A stretch of DNA of 64,000 nucleotides, taken from the NCBI GenBank assembly GCA_965242965.1, contig OZ251518.1:128001-192000 (forward strand), given 5' to 3'. The DNA comes from Candidatus Poribacteria bacterium (GTDB lineage Bacteria; Poribacteria; WGA-4E; WGA-3G). The position numbers and the translations under genes are program-made. Position 1 is the first letter of the stretch; the number at the start of each line of letters is the position of its first letter. This document shows positions 18,600-28,463 of this stretch, piece after piece. Under the pieces are notes generated by a model that worked only from the letters and a program-made list of their open reading frames with translations, had not been told where the DNA came from and ran no database searches.

Positions 18600-20099
18600 A
18601 TGACACTACAATCCTATCCCGGCGCACTCTATTTTGGCGATAACCTCAACGTCATGCGAGAGATGCAAACGGGGAGTTATCATATCTGTTACCTCGATCC
18701 GCCTTACAACAGCGGGCGCAACTACAACATCTTCCTCGCCGGCTCCAAAGCGCAACGCAAAGTGTTTGACGACATCTGGCGGTGGGACGATGCGGCGCGC
18801 TACAATCAGGATGCTGTCCTTCACTACGATGGACTGCACCCCGAACTCGTTGAAACGATGGACAATTTGTCAGACTGTTTAAGCGGTTTTGACAACATTT
18901 TGAAGGGTAAAAGAGTCAGTGAGGCAGACTCAATGCGTGCCTACCTCGCCTTCATGGCACCGCGCTTGGCAGAGATTTGGCGGTTGCTAACGCCGGAGGG
19001 GAGCGTGTATTTGCACTGCGATCCGCACGCCAGCCACTACCTGAAATGCCTGATGGATGCGATTTTCGGCACTGCGAATTTCAGGAACGAGATTGTCTGG
19101 TGCTACACTGGCCCAGGTTCGCCGAAGATGCGTCAGTTCAACCGCAAGCACGATACCATCCTCTGGTATTCAAAGGGCAAAACTTGGACGTTCAATAGGG
19201 ACGAGGTCCGCCTGCCCCACAAAGGTGGCAAACCTCACACGGGTGGTTTCAAAGGCGGCGGCCGGCCGATTAACGACGAGTATTATGCACAGAAGGGAAA
19301 AATTCCTGAAACGTGGTGGTCAGATATCGCTGTTGCTGTCCGCTCGTCCAAGGAACGCCTCGGCTATCCGACGCAGAAACCGCTGAAGCTGCTGGAGCGC
19401 ATCATCAAAGCCTCTTCCAATCCGGGCGACATCGTCTTCGATCCGTTTTGTGGTTGTGGCACGGCGTTAGATGCGGCGCACGGCCTCAAACGGCGTTGGG
19501 TAGGCATCGATCTGACGGTGCTCGCTTTAGAACCGATGGAGCGTCGGCTTCGCGAACGCCATGGGCTTGTCCCGAAAGTGGACTATCACATCGAGGGATA
19601 TCCGACGACGCGTCAAGACGCGCTTCTCCTCGCCGAGCGAAACCCGAACGACTTTGCGAATTGGGCAGTTACCCGATTAGGACTCGCGCCAACGCCGAAT
19701 AGTAAAGATGGCGGGTTTGATGGCACGGGGAAGATTACGCTTTGGGAAAACAGGCACCTCGCCGAGGCGGCACAGACGAAACTTCCGATTATCGCCGAGG
19801 TGAAATCGGGGAGGAGTCTGAACCCGAATCAGGTGCGTGCCTTCCGCACGGCGATGCGAGACAACGATGCGGCACTCGGGATTTTCATCACCTTGCACGA
19901 AGTCACGCGTGGCATGCGCAACCTCGCGGAAGAGGAAGGCTTTCTTGAGCATAACGGGAAACGTTATCCGCGCTTGCAGTTTTGGCAAGTCACGGACAGT
20001 TATTTTGAGGATGGGCGGGTGCCAGTCAATTTACCGTGGCAAATCGATGAGCGTCCGAAGGCGGCGCGTCATTACGGCGGGGAGCAGACGTATTTTTGA
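18600..20099 (+). CDS. Beta-class N6/N4 DNA methyltransferase with C-terminal Mrr-like nuclease domain
   Basis: DPPY, YPTQKP, DPFCGCGT; C-terminal DGGFDG...AEVKSG. Confidence 0.9.
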   Translation: MTLQSYPGALYFGDNLNVMREMQTGSYHICYLDPPYNSGRNYNIFLAGSKAQRKVFDDIWRWDDAARYNQDAVLHYDGLHPELVETMDNLSDCLSGFDNILKGKRVSEADSMRAYLAFMAPRLAEIWRLLTPEGSVYLHCDPHASHYLKCLMDAIFGTANFRNEIVWCYTGPGSPKMRQFNRKHDTILWYSKGKTWTFNRDEVRLPHKGGKPHTGGFKGGGRPINDEYYAQKGKIPETWWSDIAVAVRSSKERLGYPTQKPLKLLERIIKASSNPGDIVFDPFCGCGTALDAAHGLKRRWVGIDLTVLALEPMERRLRERHGLVPKVDYHIEGYPTTRQDALLLAERNPNDFANWAVTRLGLAPTPNSKDGGFDGTGKITLWENRHLAEAAQTKLPIIAEVKSGRSLNPNQVRAFRTAMRDNDAALGIFITLHEVTRGMRNLAEEEGFLEHNGKRYPRLQFWQVTDSYFEDGRVPVNLPWQIDERPKAARHYGGEQTYF

Positions 20100-20119
20100 G
20101 CAGGATTTCCAAGATTAAC

Positions 20120-20535
20120 AGGTAGGAGGGACATCCTTGTCCCGATAGCCACATCAACAAAATGCATCGAGACCGGGAGGTCTCTCCTACGGGGACATGG
20201 CTTGCTCGGTATTTGCCCCTAATCGGGATAACTGAGGGTGTTTCATAAATCGCTCAACAAGGGGCCGTTTTTTTCACCGTAGCGCCGGGGCCTGTCCCCC
20301 GCGATTGTTGGGGTGTGCGAACGCTGGCAAGGGACAGGCCCTCGCCCTACGGTGACTGAGCCGTCCTCCTCTGTAGGTCAAGCTCGTCTGAAGCTCTGGC
20401 AGATTTGCCAAGCGGTCTTGACCTGTTCGGGAGCAGGTGCTCCCGAACTACGGTCTCTCGCATGCGCGATGCATCGAGACCAGGAGGTCTCTCCTACGGT
20501 GACATCGCTGGCTCGGTATTCGCCCCTAATCGGGA
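20120..20535. repeat. REP mosaic with orphan left TIR at 20234 and ~70-bp imperfect direct repeats
   Basis: ATGCATCGAGACC...CCCCTAATCGGGA at about 20162-20229 and 20469-20535. Confidence 0.85.
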
Positions 20536-20549
20536 AAATTCGGTATCAA

Positions 20550-20867
20550 TTATGCTTCGCACTTCGGTTGGTGTTTGCATCCTTCGCGTTGCCGCCGCAC
20601 CCATGCGACGCTGTCCTCCATATCCTCCCGATCTGCCCACATGCCAAAGAAAGGCAGAGACAGCAGGTCTTCCTTCTCCTCGTCGGACGTTTCGGTTTGC
20701 CCGATAGAGACAGGTGTCAATTCTTGGGGTTCATCGCGAATGATGTCGTCGTTTTCATCGCGAATCGGTGTCATATTGGCAAACACTTCGGTGCCTTCGG
20801 GGAGGGATAAAGGTTCGGCGAAGACAAGCGTGCCGTTGTGAACCTTACCGCGTTTGAACATAATCAT
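20550..20867 (-). CDS. Putative antitoxin (AF2212/AbrB-like N-terminus)
   Basis: RGKVHNGTLVFAEPLSLPEGTEV; C-terminal FFGMWADREDMEDSVAWVRRQRE typical of PIN-toxin antitoxins. Confidence 0.65.
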   Translation of the reverse strand: MIMFKRGKVHNGTLVFAEPLSLPEGTEVFANMTPIRDENDDIIRDEPQELTPVSIGQTETSDEEKEDLLSLPFFGMWADREDMEDSVAWVRRQREGCKHQPKCEA

Positions 20868-20884
20868 TTTTTCACCTCTTTTTT

Positions 20885-22045
20885 TTAGTCGGATCCTACT
20901 GCAGTATCACGAGGAGAGAGTCGTGCAACAATGTCCTCAAATCCTTGAAAAAGCAGTTGCACAGAGTAATTGGGAACTTCAGAATGCGTAGATTTTACCC
21001 GCTTCGCAGGAATCCGCGCAATAATATCCTCGTGCGGAGACTTCGCCTGTCTGGCAGAGAGTCGCGCCACAATCTCCTTAAATCCTTGAAAAAGCAGTTG
21101 CACAGAGTAATTGGGAACTTCAGAATGCGTAGATTTCGCCTGTTTGATAGAAATCCGCGCCACAATCTCCGCAACCCCATTGACTGCATCAAGGGGAACG
21201 CCTCCCAACTCAAGGAGCGCGGCGTTGCCTTGTGGCGGTGTATCAAAGCGGGCTGGATCGATGACAAAAAGCGGCACGTTCATACCGAGAGCCGTTTTAG
21301 CCGTGTCAAATGTCCCACTCATTTTACCGCGGGCATCCCGTTCCGGTCCAGATGCGATGACGACAACCGCTTTAGAGAGCGCGCAGACCAGTTTATTCCG
21401 AGTCATCGCGTTGCGCGCTAACCAGCGCGCGTCTGGGTCAAACTGTGATACCGCAAGCACATCTTGTTCCCAGTTAAATTCGCGGAATGCCTTTTTCTGT
21501 CGCAATTCCTTGATGCCGTAGGGAAGCACCAGCGTTGTTGTTCCCTCCGCCGCGAGCGCGCCCAAGTGTGCTGCTGAGTCAACGCCTTTTGCGTATCCGG
21601 AGACAACGTTCATTCCCTCGCCTGCGAGTCCAGCGGCGAGTTGCTCCGCGATGCGAACGCCTTTTTCTGACACATTCCGCGATCCCACGATTGCAACCCC
21701 ATCCGTTGTGAGGAGTTTTCGCTGGCCTTTGACGAACAGAATCGGCGAGGTTTCAAGAAGATGCGAAGAGAAATCGGGGTGCCCTGGAGAGATAATCTCG
21801 GTGCCGCGCCGTTTCAACTCCTCGTAATCCCTTTCTATCTTCTTCTGATCTTCCGCACGAATTTTGCCATTGAGGATTTCCGCTAATTCCGGGCATTGCG
21901 ATGAGAGCGCGTTTTGGCTGCGCGGTAGTTTTTCGGGATGGAGGCCTTGCTCATCAAGCATCCTAGCGATTTCGGCAAGGAGTTTGGTGCCGATGCCGCG
22001 CGTCTTAAAGAGCCGAAACCAGAAATAGTCTCTTTTGATGCTCAT
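20885..22045 (-). CDS. dprA: DprA/Smf family ssDNA-binding protein
   Basis: VAIVGSR, VVSGYAKGVDSAAH, RNKLVCALS and SGT motifs; C-terminal 47-aa duplication. Confidence 0.85.
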   Translation of the reverse strand: MSIKRDYFWFRLFKTRGIGTKLLAEIARMLDEQGLHPEKLPRSQNALSSQCPELAEILNGKIRAEDQKKIERDYEELKRRGTEIISPGHPDFSSHLLETSPILFVKGQRKLLTTDGVAIVGSRNVSEKGVRIAEQLAAGLAGEGMNVVSGYAKGVDSAAHLGALAAEGTTTLVLPYGIKELRQKKAFREFNWEQDVLAVSQFDPDARWLARNAMTRNKLVCALSKAVVVIASGPERDARGKMSGTFDTAKTALGMNVPLFVIDPARFDTPPQGNAALLELGGVPLDAVNGVAEIVARISIKQAKSTHSEVPNYSVQLLFQGFKEIVARLSARQAKSPHEDIIARIPAKRVKSTHSEVPNYSVQLLFQGFEDIVARLSPRDTAVGSD

Positions 22046-22758
22046 CTTTTTTTTCTCGTTCGCGTAAGAGTTAAGACAAGCACCCGGTAAACGCCGCCTT
22101 GCTTATGAAGAACATCGGTTAGTTCTGTCAAAGTTGCTCCAGAATCATAGAGGTCATCAATTAACAAGACAACTTTCGGCTGCAACTCATGGGATTCAAC
22201 AGCAAATGTTCCCTTGAGTTCCGCCGGTTTCTCTGAGTCTGGAACATTCTTTAGATCCCGGGTTGGTCTTACCTTAATCAGGTAATTTGTAGGGACAGGC
22301 AGATACAGAATCCTCCCTATTTCCTCCGCGATTTCGGAGACAGGTCGGAATTCCTTAGTCGGATTTGAACGTGGAACAGGAATAACTGCATCAAGGTAAT
22401 CGAGAACACGATAGCCCTTAACCTTAAACTCGTCTATGACAAATTTAGCCGCAATCTCCGCGAGCGGTCGAATCTTGCTTCGATCTGAACGATACTTCAC
22501 CTGATAAACCATTTCGCCAATTTCGGTTCGTTCGGTGTCATATCCTTCATCCGGCAAGAGTTGACTTGATACCGTATGAAAATCCAAAGCGTATCCAGCA
22601 CGCCATTTTCCAAGAATTTCCTGCGGATCGATGTTGATTACGCTTCGCGCGTCGGTAGGTTTTATGTGGACAATCACTTCGGTGCCTTCGGGCAGAGACA
22701 AAGGTTCGGTGAAGACAAGCGTGCCGTTGTGAACATTACCGCGTTTGATTAAAGTCAT
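22042..22758 (-). CDS. ComF-like phosphoribosyltransferase with N-terminal AF2212-like domain
   Basis: VLLIDDLYDSGATL PRPP loop; GYALDFHT; stop overlaps dprA start (ATGA). Confidence 0.8.
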   Translation of the reverse strand: MTLIKRGNVHNGTLVFTEPLSLPEGTEVIVHIKPTDARSVINIDPQEILGKWRAGYALDFHTVSSQLLPDEGYDTERTEIGEMVYQVKYRSDRSKIRPLAEIAAKFVIDEFKVKGYRVLDYLDAVIPVPRSNPTKEFRPVSEIAEEIGRILYLPVPTNYLIKVRPTRDLKNVPDSEKPAELKGTFAVESHELQPKVVLLIDDLYDSGATLTELTDVLHKQGGVYRVLVLTLTRTRKKR

Positions 22759-22912
22759 TTTTTTTCGCCTCTTTTCATTCACGTTACCGCTATGAAATGA
22801 CAAATCCCCGAAGGTAGTGCGGCATTATTAAAACTAGCTCCCCTACCTCTGCAGAGTCCTGACTAGTGATAGACTCTCAACTGTTCCCATAACTCCGCTG
22901 CTAATCCACCGG

Positions 22913-23419
22913 CTAGGACGTTGCTTGCAAGGAGGGACTCATTCTAAAATTGAAGATTGCGGCAAATCTACGGAAATTGGGGAGGCCCTCAGCCGCCTCA
23001 AAATACGCAAAACTCAAGTTTTGGAAATCCTCAGTAAAACAGATAAAAAGAAGCCGATTATGTTGCCAACTAGGCAATCGGACATCGCGGTTGTGGCTGT
23101 CCACAAGACCTTGCAGCACACGACGCATTACGGTAGTAGTGGATTCAAGGTCAACATCATTATGAAATTGGAGAAAGAAAACGCCCCATGGTTCACGGCT
23201 CCCGAAAAATGTCAGGGAATCTAAAGGTCGCAGTTGCCAACACCCAATGATTCGTTCTTGGGTATCAGGGTTAAGGTTAAGGTACTCGGCTGACCAATGA
23301 TAGGTAACGTCATTAAATTCCACCAAGTCGTCAGGAATAGGCCAACAAAGAGCCTCCCGTAAAAAGACTATTAAGGAATCAAAGTTCCGAATGTTTCGGA
23401 GAGCACTTGAAATTTCCAT
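22913..23419 (-). pseudogene. Probable truncated N-terminal fragment of a type IIG (Eco57I-like) R-M enzyme
   Basis: PWGVFFLQF and RRVLQGLV...LPSW..RLLFI resemble N-termini of large MTases that follow PLD-helicases (from memory); no MTase motifs follow. Confidence 0.5.
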
Positions 23420-23467
23420 TACGTTTGGTTCCGATGCGGTAAGCACGTTTTACGACATGCCTAAGGA

Positions 23468-26400
23468 TTAGGAAACCTCCAACCATGCGATGAGTTTCAA
23501 TTTTGTTCCAAGTGGAGCTTGGATACTTAGTAAATAGGTTCTTTCAATGTAGCGCTCAATTTGCCGCCGTGCTTTTTTAACAACTTGCTGTCCGCTTACG
23601 GCATAGCGGGACGCGTTATCGCCGCATCGAACTTCGGGCCAAATGCCTTCAAGATCTGTAACGACTTCATCCGTATCAGAGTTGTAGAAATACCAGCGGA
23701 TTTCCCCACTTTCTGGCATTTCATAGCAACAGAAAACTCCCCTCGCCCTAGCACGATTCAGGGATATCTGTTCACCGTTCCGGTCGACAAGTAGCGGAGG
23801 TTCCTCAGAGGCACGTTTGCCTGAGAAAATACGTAGAGGTAAATCCTCCAATCGTCTCCACAGGCTCGGCTTCGCTTCAGCAATGCGTTGCCGTTCAAGA
23901 TTCATGAGTTCTTCAACGCTTTCCGTTCCCTCATATCGCTCATTGAAGAGCTGGAGAGTTTGATCTGCATCATCAGGGGAAACAAACTGTCCTTCAATAC
24001 CGAGGGTTCGATTGATGCGAAGAATTTTTCCATCAACGCGTCTTCGGATCTTAATGAGATCTTCAAGTTCCTGAGGTGGAAGGAAGTTCCAAACATGAAC
24101 TTCTGGATCCGTGCGATTGAGTTGAACTTCAATATCGGGGTTAAGCCGTCTATCAAGCCTACCAATCCGTTGCATAAGTCGGACAGGGTTCCAATGCAAA
24201 TCGTAATTAATAACCCGTGAGGCATCCTGCAGGTTCAGCCCTTCGGCAAGGACATCGGTTGTAATCAGGATGCGAATCGGCCTAGCAGGTGGTGCGCTCT
24301 CTCCGTTGTAGTAAGGGGAAAAGCGTTTGACGACATCTTCACGGTTGACTTTCCGCTGACTATCAATTTGCTCAACGTGATGGAACCCGAAGTTTCGTAA
24401 CTGGCTATAGAGGTAGCGGGCGGTATCCGAAAATTCGGTGAAAACGATGAACTTCTCATCCGGATCTTCTTTCAACAGACCTAGGAGTTGGCGCAACTTA
24501 TCGTCCTTCGCTGCATCCGGTTCCTGCGCGAACTGGTCCGCGTAGAATCGACAATAAATTCCGCTGAGGAGTCGAGTCAAAAACTCCATATCCTTTACAA
24601 CATCATCCAAGAAATTATCCAGATTATGTTCGCTAGAATCGAAGTCTTTTAGAGTTCCGACAGAAACGATGTCGTTTTCCTCTTCGTCCGGATTTCGTTC
24701 AATTTGCCTTTGCAAATTTTCCGGACCTACCACAGGTTGGCTACCTTCATCACCGTCTTCACGTAGACGTTCTGATACGTGGTCTTGCACAACCTGCCAC
24801 CAGCGGCGGTTGGTAACGGCCCATTCGTCAAAACGTTCAGGCGCGTATCTTCTGAGCGATGCTGCCATCTTGACAAGCAACTTTTCGACACTTACCTCAA
24901 AGGATTTCCACGAACTTTCTAACCGTTTGAGCAAGAGCGTCCGGATGAGCCCGATGACCTGGGTTTGGCGGTGTTCCATCTGTCTTTCGGGGTTTCTATG
25001 ATACTTAGCCGTATTATAAACGGCCAAGGTAAGAAAAGGATCTTGCCTGTTGAAAGCGATTTGGAGTTCCTGATAAAGGTTAGCATACACCTCACGAAGC
25101 GAATATTCTACAATAGGGTAGATAGTGCGAGCCGGAAAGAGAATTTCTCGCCCTGCCCGTTCTTCTGCATCCTTAATATATTTGCGACTGCGCTGAACGA
25201 GGACATGCTTAAGAACCGGGTCTTGGCGAATCAGGTCATCCTCGCCGAATGAATGGAAATGTTCTTCAACATCAGCCTCGCTGCCAATCTGCCTTTCAAG
25301 CTCACGAAAATGGCGACGGAAATCGTGAATTCCGATTTGAGCGAAGTGCTTCCCCTTCTGCTGTGCAAAATAGTTAATCAAATGGGAGATATCCTCAATG
25401 GAATTATTGATCGGTGTTGCCGTGAGCAGATAGAGTTTCTTCGATTTAGCGAGAGCCATCAAAGCCCTACCGCGGTTTGACCCAGGGTTGCGAAAGTGGT
25501 GAGCTTCATCAATGATGATAACATCCTTGTGTTCCCGCAAGTACTCAAACTCTTGCTCATTAATTCCACCCTCTCGGCCAAGATCTGTATGGCGTTTGAT
25601 GTCGTAGAGTTCACGGTAGCGACGGCCGTATTTGGCCCTAAGATACTGAGGAACAAGGGGTTCCCATACGCTCTCAGCGACGGATTTAGGAGCAATGAGT
25701 AGGACACGCTTGTCGTCCCTCAGCGAACGTTCAAGCAACATCAAGCCGATATAGGTTTTTCCACTACCGACTCCATCACAAATCAAAGACCCATTCCATT
25801 TTTCGGCTATCTGTAGTGCTCGGTGGTAGCCATCCTTTTGGTACTGCGAAAGCATACGGTAGATAACAGATTCGTTTTCTTCCCATTCGTCCGCTGGTTT
25901 TTCACGTCCAGCGAAATAGGAATGAAGTGCTTTTGCGTAAACGGTAAATGGACGGTATCTTCTGAGGTGTGGTTCAATGACTCTGAGAATTTCAGGTTGA
26001 ACATCCGATGCTTCATCCCACCAATTTTCGTACGAGTCCTGAAGGTGCGCAATTTGCGTTGAATCCTGAAGGAATAAATTGGACTCAACATTCTTGGCGA
26101 GTCCCGCTGGAGTGAAGTTTGAACTGCCGTGAATAGCAAAGGGTCCTAAACTCTGATTGTGCGAACGCATCAGAGTAAAATTGGCATGAAACCCATTATA
26201 GACCCGGATCTGTATGCTGCCGCTGCTAATAGCTTTCCTCACAGAAGCGAGATGCTCAAGAGTCAGAAAATCGTTCTTCTCCTTTTCGGACTCTAGGTTA
26301 TCGCGGGTAACCTGCTGCAAAGCCTCTATCAGCTGCTCTTTTGTACGCCCCGTAGTTTCATTGCCTATGAGGATACGAACAGCACCGAGGTGTTGCCACG

Positions 26401-26539
26401 TTTTCGCAAGCAATAGAAACGCCCCAATCTCAAAAGTTCCTGTAGCAACATCCAATTCGTTGCTTTTTGGGAGAAGAGTTTTAAGGGCAGCGAGAACAGT
26501 ATTCCCATCTACGTTGTTAATCTGGAAAGGTATTTGCAT
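23468..26539 (-). CDS. PLD-domain plus SNF2-like helicase
   Basis: GSSNFT PLD motif; DGVGSGKT, DEAHHFRN, TATP, TDVLAEGLNLQ, QRIGRLDR; start placed at MQIPFQ. Confidence 0.9.
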   Translation of the reverse strand: MQIPFQINNVDGNTVLAALKTLLPKSNELDVATGTFEIGAFLLLAKTWQHLGAVRILIGNETTGRTKEQLIEALQQVTRDNLESEKEKNDFLTLEHLASVRKAISSGSIQIRVYNGFHANFTLMRSHNQSLGPFAIHGSSNFTPAGLAKNVESNLFLQDSTQIAHLQDSYENWWDEASDVQPEILRVIEPHLRRYRPFTVYAKALHSYFAGREKPADEWEENESVIYRMLSQYQKDGYHRALQIAEKWNGSLICDGVGSGKTYIGLMLLERSLRDDKRVLLIAPKSVAESVWEPLVPQYLRAKYGRRYRELYDIKRHTDLGREGGINEQEFEYLREHKDVIIIDEAHHFRNPGSNRGRALMALAKSKKLYLLTATPINNSIEDISHLINYFAQQKGKHFAQIGIHDFRRHFRELERQIGSEADVEEHFHSFGEDDLIRQDPVLKHVLVQRSRKYIKDAEERAGREILFPARTIYPIVEYSLREVYANLYQELQIAFNRQDPFLTLAVYNTAKYHRNPERQMEHRQTQVIGLIRTLLLKRLESSWKSFEVSVEKLLVKMAASLRRYAPERFDEWAVTNRRWWQVVQDHVSERLREDGDEGSQPVVGPENLQRQIERNPDEEENDIVSVGTLKDFDSSEHNLDNFLDDVVKDMEFLTRLLSGIYCRFYADQFAQEPDAAKDDKLRQLLGLLKEDPDEKFIVFTEFSDTARYLYSQLRNFGFHHVEQIDSQRKVNREDVVKRFSPYYNGESAPPARPIRILITTDVLAEGLNLQDASRVINYDLHWNPVRLMQRIGRLDRRLNPDIEVQLNRTDPEVHVWNFLPPQELEDLIKIRRRVDGKILRINRTLGIEGQFVSPDDADQTLQLFNERYEGTESVEELMNLERQRIAEAKPSLWRRLEDLPLRIFSGKRASEEPPLLVDRNGEQISLNRARARGVFCCYEMPESGEIRWYFYNSDTDEVVTDLEGIWPEVRCGDNASRYAVSGQQVVKKARRQIERYIERTYLLSIQAPLGTKLKLIAWLEVS

Positions 26540-26956
26540 ATTAACCCCATAGTTTGGACAATTTGCATCAAAGGATTCGCGTTGAGCTATCCAAGTGACA
26601 GCGGCGTATATTGCGAATTTCGTCTCTTTCAAGGATATGAAAAAACTCATCACGTAATGAGTCCCTAAAGGCTGACATGAGACGAATGAACTCCTACGGA
26701 GTTGCAGCACTGAATCGCAAGTTTCCAGCCCACAAGTTAACTGCCTCCGCTTCTGAGTTCCGGGTTGTGACGCGATGGAAAACGGCGCGTCATCTCTTAA
26801 CGAACGCGATAGCCCGAGTGCCGCCCTTCCGTGGCGACCGTTCACGAACCAGCGCGCAATTGATAACGTATTAGATAGGATACCATAAAAACGCAAAATT
26901 GGCAACCCAACGACAAACGTTTGCCGAAATTTCGTTAATACGCCATCAACATCTTT

Positions 26957-26985
26957 ATTCTACCAAAAATTGCAATGTGTGTCAA
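26957..26985 (-). promoter_or_regulatory. sigma70-type promoter upstream of the helicase island
   Basis: TTGACA-17-TAGAAT on the minus strand. Confidence 0.55.
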
Positions 26986-27056
26986 CCTTTTTCTCGCAGA
27001 AATCAGAGCGATTCAATTCTCCCCTTCTGTCGTTTGGCCCCGGTCGAGCCCGAACA

Positions 27057-27083
27057 GGTAAAGATCAGGCGATCTTTACCTAC
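27057..27083 (-). repeat. Single family-C REP hairpin downstream of the tRNAs
   Basis: GTAG-GTAAAGATC-GCCT-GATCTTTACC on the minus strand. Confidence 0.75.
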
Positions 27084-27125
27084 AGAGAGCGGGATTGACT
27101 CAAATTGCCCAAACTTTAGTAGAAA

Positions 27126-27197
27126 AGCCGATGAGAGGATTTGAACCTCCGACCTACTGATTACGAATCAGTTGCTCTTCCACTGAGCTACACCGGC
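27126..27197 (-). tRNA. tRNA-Thr(CGT)
   Basis: GCCGGTGTAGCTCAG...CTGATT-CGT-AATCAG...GTTCAAATC cloverleaf; CCA not encoded. Confidence 0.95.
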
Positions 27198-27203
27198 GAA
27201 AAA

Positions 27204-27276
27204 TGCCGAGAGGCAGAATCGAACTGCCGACACGTGGATTTTCAGTCCACTGCTCTACCGACTGAGCTATCTCGGC
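27204..27276 (-). tRNA. tRNA-Phe(GAA)
   Basis: GCCGAGATAGCTCAG...GTGGACT-GAA-AATCCAC...GTTCGATTC cloverleaf. Confidence 0.95.
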
Positions 27277-27288
27277 GTGGTATTATAT

Positions 27289-27317
27289 ATGATACCACAT
27301 TTTAAACGATTTGTCAA
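27289..27317 (-). promoter_or_regulatory. tRNA operon promoter
   Basis: TTGACA-17-TATCAT just upstream of tRNA-Phe. Confidence 0.7.
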
Positions 27318-27359
27318 GTTTTTATTCAAAAAAAATGACTTTTTGCGCGATTTCTCGGT

Positions 27360-28409
27360 TTATTCAGGCCAAATGCCAATTTCCTGATAAAAACGCATCG
27401 CACCCGGATGGAACGGCGTGCCTACGTCTTTGACGACATTTTTCGCATTAATTGCCTTGCCCGCGCCGTGCCGTTTGACCACTTCCGCGCCGTTTGTATA
27501 CAGCGTTTTTGTAAATCGATAAACCATCGCCTCATCTGTATTCTCGGCGGTGATGAGGTGCATTGAACCGACGTTCATCGTCGGGAAAGGTGCATCCTGT
27601 CCCGAATAGGTATCCGCCGGGACGGTTATAGCGTGGAAGAAGGGATAGTCGTTGAAGAGGGCCGCCTTCGCTGCTTCGTCAAACGGTATGAAAAAGAGCT
27701 CTTGCGCCGCGGCGGCGCGAATTACTGCCGGGGTGGGAATCGCGCCGCCCATGAACGCTGCGGCGGCGGAGCCATCGGCGAGCAGATCTACGGCACCCAT
27801 ATAGGTGCTGTTAATCGGCGTGAAGTCTTCGTAAGTGATACCGTGCGCCGCCAAAATGGGCTCCAAAAAATACTCAAAGCCGGCACCTGCCGGTCCGACG
27901 ACGACACGCTTTCCTTTCAGATTCGCAAATGTCTGGATGCCAGAAGACTGCGGCGCGATAAACAGCCCGACATTCGGCGCGAGTGTCATGACAGCGCGGA
28001 TGTTGTATTGCTTTTCCCACGCGCCTTCGCCGCGCACAGCGAAATAGGAAATCGCAGCATTCGCAAGCGCGAATTCCAAATCGCCACTCGCAAGGCGGCG
28101 GATGTTTTCTTGGGTGCCTTTGGTGGCTTCAGCGGTGACTTCCCAGTTTTTTTCGGTGATATTGCCGCCGACAGCCTCTGCAATTGCAGTGCCGACTGGG
28201 AAGAACGCGCCGCCGACCGGGGCGGTTCCGATGCTGATAAAGCGGCGTTTCGGTGCAGCTTTCTCTGTTTCTTGTGCAGTCTTACCTTGTTTTGAGGCGT
28301 TGTCGCACCCCAATCCGATACTCAAGGCACAGATGAGGCATGTGACAAATAACGGGTTCAGGCGGACTCGTTCTAAAAGCGGGCGCGCTATAATAGATAA
28401 GATTTTCAT
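27360..28409 (-). CDS. TAXI-family TRAP transporter solute-binding lipoprotein
   Basis: LGC lipobox; ISIGTAPVGGAFFPVG, ATKGTQEN, PFHPGAMRFY. Confidence 0.9.
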   Translation of the reverse strand: MKILSIIARPLLERVRLNPLFVTCLICALSIGLGCDNASKQGKTAQETEKAAPKRRFISIGTAPVGGAFFPVGTAIAEAVGGNITEKNWEVTAEATKGTQENIRRLASGDLEFALANAAISYFAVRGEGAWEKQYNIRAVMTLAPNVGLFIAPQSSGIQTFANLKGKRVVVGPAGAGFEYFLEPILAAHGITYEDFTPINSTYMGAVDLLADGSAAAAFMGGAIPTPAVIRAAAAQELFFIPFDEAAKAALFNDYPFFHAITVPADTYSGQDAPFPTMNVGSMHLITAENTDEAMVYRFTKTLYTNGAEVVKRHGAGKAINAKNVVKDVGTPFHPGAMRFYQEIGIWPE

Positions 28410-28463
28410 GAAGGTGTTCTCCTTACACTGAACGATTTTTGTAGGCGTGCTTTGAAAGCGCGT

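Noticed and set aside
23468-26539. Calling the island DISARM or BREX
   Set aside because: No drmA/drmB/drmC or brxC/pglX genes; the PglZ-domain gene at 13166 is PorX-type and about 9 kb away
26540-26905. 122-aa N-terminal extension of the helicase in the ORF track
   Set aside because: Not protein-like; recognisable sequence begins at MQIPFQINN
27126-27276. att-site duplication or integrase at the tRNAs (also checked at selC)
   Set aside because: I saw no repeated tRNA 3' end and no integrase in the window
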